A stretch of 17,690 bases of DNA from positions 1 through 17,690 of the forward strand of contig PRDI01000008.1 in NCBI GenBank assembly GCA_003345595.1, in the 5' to 3' direction. The notes under the pieces were generated by a model. It ran no database searches, was not told the DNA's origin, and worked only from the letters and a program-made list of their open reading frames with translations. A program made the translations under genes and the position numbers. Positions 16,681 through 17,690 of this stretch are shown here, one piece after another. This stretch comes from Candidatus Thorarchaeota archaeon (GTDB lineage: Archaea > Asgardarchaeota > Thorarchaeia > Thorarchaeales > Thorarchaeaceae). Each line of letters starts with the position of its first letter. Position 1 is the first letter of the stretch.

Positions 16681-16823
16681 TTCATGAATGGCGGAATCCG
16701 AGCTTCTTTTGATGTTGTTAGAAACGAGAGTCGACTGGCCGTCGGAATCTTTTATTTGGACGCACTCAGCAACACTCCTTGGTCCACGGACAATGTCAGT
16801 GTCAACACCAGAAGGTACGCTTG

Positions 16824-17690
16824 ATGATTGATAGAAAGAGGTTCAGGATAGGTCCTGAGAATCTAAGGAAGGTCAACGATTTTCTAGTACGTGAGGACAA
16901 TCCGCTCACGACTGGTCTCCTCGAAGTGATTGACAAGTACGGCGGTGTTGATGAGATCAACAGAAAGGCGCACGAAGCATGCAAACTGGAGAACCTAATT
17001 GCTCAACTTGAAACAAGAAAGTCACCGTTCGTGCGGGATCTAAGATGGTTGGAGAAACAACGTGACGAGAGTGCCTTCATCAGTATTCCAGAATATCGAA
17101 CGAGGATACTAGGTGAGAGAGCAGGGTCAATGGTGTTTGACGACAGCTTTGCCGTGACCCTAGAGATAAGCGCATGCCAGTACTTCCCATGGATAATCGA
17201 GGAAGCGCATCATGCCATTGATGACCGAGATCTGATGCCCGGGCGTTTCATTCGAGTGAGGAACATGAAGGAACAGACTGCAGATGATCAGGTGATCGCC
17301 TTTGCTGCGGCCATGCAAATCGTTGGCTCATCGTATGTTGAGACACTCGACACGAAAGGGACTATGCTTGGACCCGACGGAGCCCCCGCGAATGTTCATC
17401 TTGGTGGTCCTGCGACAATCACGGGCTACTTCGGCGGCGTGGGGATGCCAAACGACTTTCCTCTCAGGTGGGCAGACGAGTATCTTCACTACTACACCAC
17501 CTATGGAGTGAAGCAGGTATTGAATGTGAACTCTGGTAGCATACTTGTCGGCTACATGATGCATAAGCTAGGGATAGACATGGAGTTCAAGATCTCGGTT
17601 TTCACAGGCAATGACAATCCCTTTGCGTGTCTATGGACAATGATGACTGCGAAGCTTTTCAGTCGAAGCGATGGCAGCAGTCCTCTGATC
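16824..17690 (+). CDS. Hypothetical soluble protein, 3'-truncated by the window edge (absent from ORF track)
   Basis: Manual translation gives 289 open codons from ATG 16824 to the window end (MIDRKRFRIGPENLRKVNDFL...LFSRSDGSSPLI); GAAGGT at 16811-16816; TTTATTT at ~16750. Confidence 0.85.
   Translation, partial: MIDRKRFRIGPENLRKVNDFLVREDNPLTTGLLEVIDKYGGVDEINRKAHEACKLENLIAQLETRKSPFVRDLRWLEKQRDESAFISIPEYRTRILGERAGSMVFDDSFAVTLEISACQYFPWIIEEAHHAIDDRDLMPGRFIRVRNMKEQTADDQVIAFAAAMQIVGSSYVETLDTKGTMLGPDGAPANVHLGGPATITGYFGGVGMPNDFPLRWADEYLHYYTTYGVKQVLNVNSGSILVGYMMHKLGIDMEFKISVFTGNDNPFACLWTMMTAKLFSRSDGSSPLI

Noticed and set aside
16793-16831. 12-codon uORF overlapping the start of the last gene
   Set aside because: Very short, with no RBS or distinctive codon content; likely chance.
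1-17690. CRISPR arrays, tRNA/rRNA genes, transposases, integrases, and the many short antisense ORFs in the track
   Set aside because: No regularly spaced repeats, RNA gene signatures or recombinase motifs were seen; the short ORFs overlap well-supported genes.

Overview
Archaeal-looking chromosomal window: TATA-box promoters, GGAGG/GAGGT ribosome-binding sites and archaeal-type protein families. An Asgard/Thorarchaeia-like origin is a resemblance-based inference only. It holds 15 complete genes and one gene running off the 3' end that the ORF track omits. In order: large polytopic membrane protein, divergent UPRT-like phosphoribosyltransferase, ThiF/MoeB E1-like enzyme, EamA transporter, ferritin-like protein, HEAT-repeat protein, single-chain bacterial-type transketolase, DUF3795-like Cys-rich protein, ICMT/PEMT-family methyltransferase, GNAT acetyltransferase, two hypothetical proteins, 1Fe superoxide reductase, threonine-synthase-like/PadR fusion, ECF S-component and a truncated hypothetical protein. 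No rRNA, tRNA, CRISPR array or transposase was seen. The main find is at 14420-16680. A threonine-synthase-fold protein has Ile in place of its PLP Schiff-base lysine (NPTGAFIDRG) and is fused to a PadR winged-helix domain. A perfect 16-bp palindrome lies in its promoter, and the gene is divergent from a COG4720/HmpT-PdxU-like ECF S-component with a structured leader. Together these suggest a pseudoenzyme-based, vitamin-B6-sensing transcription-factor module. Several long intergenic regions also fold extensively.
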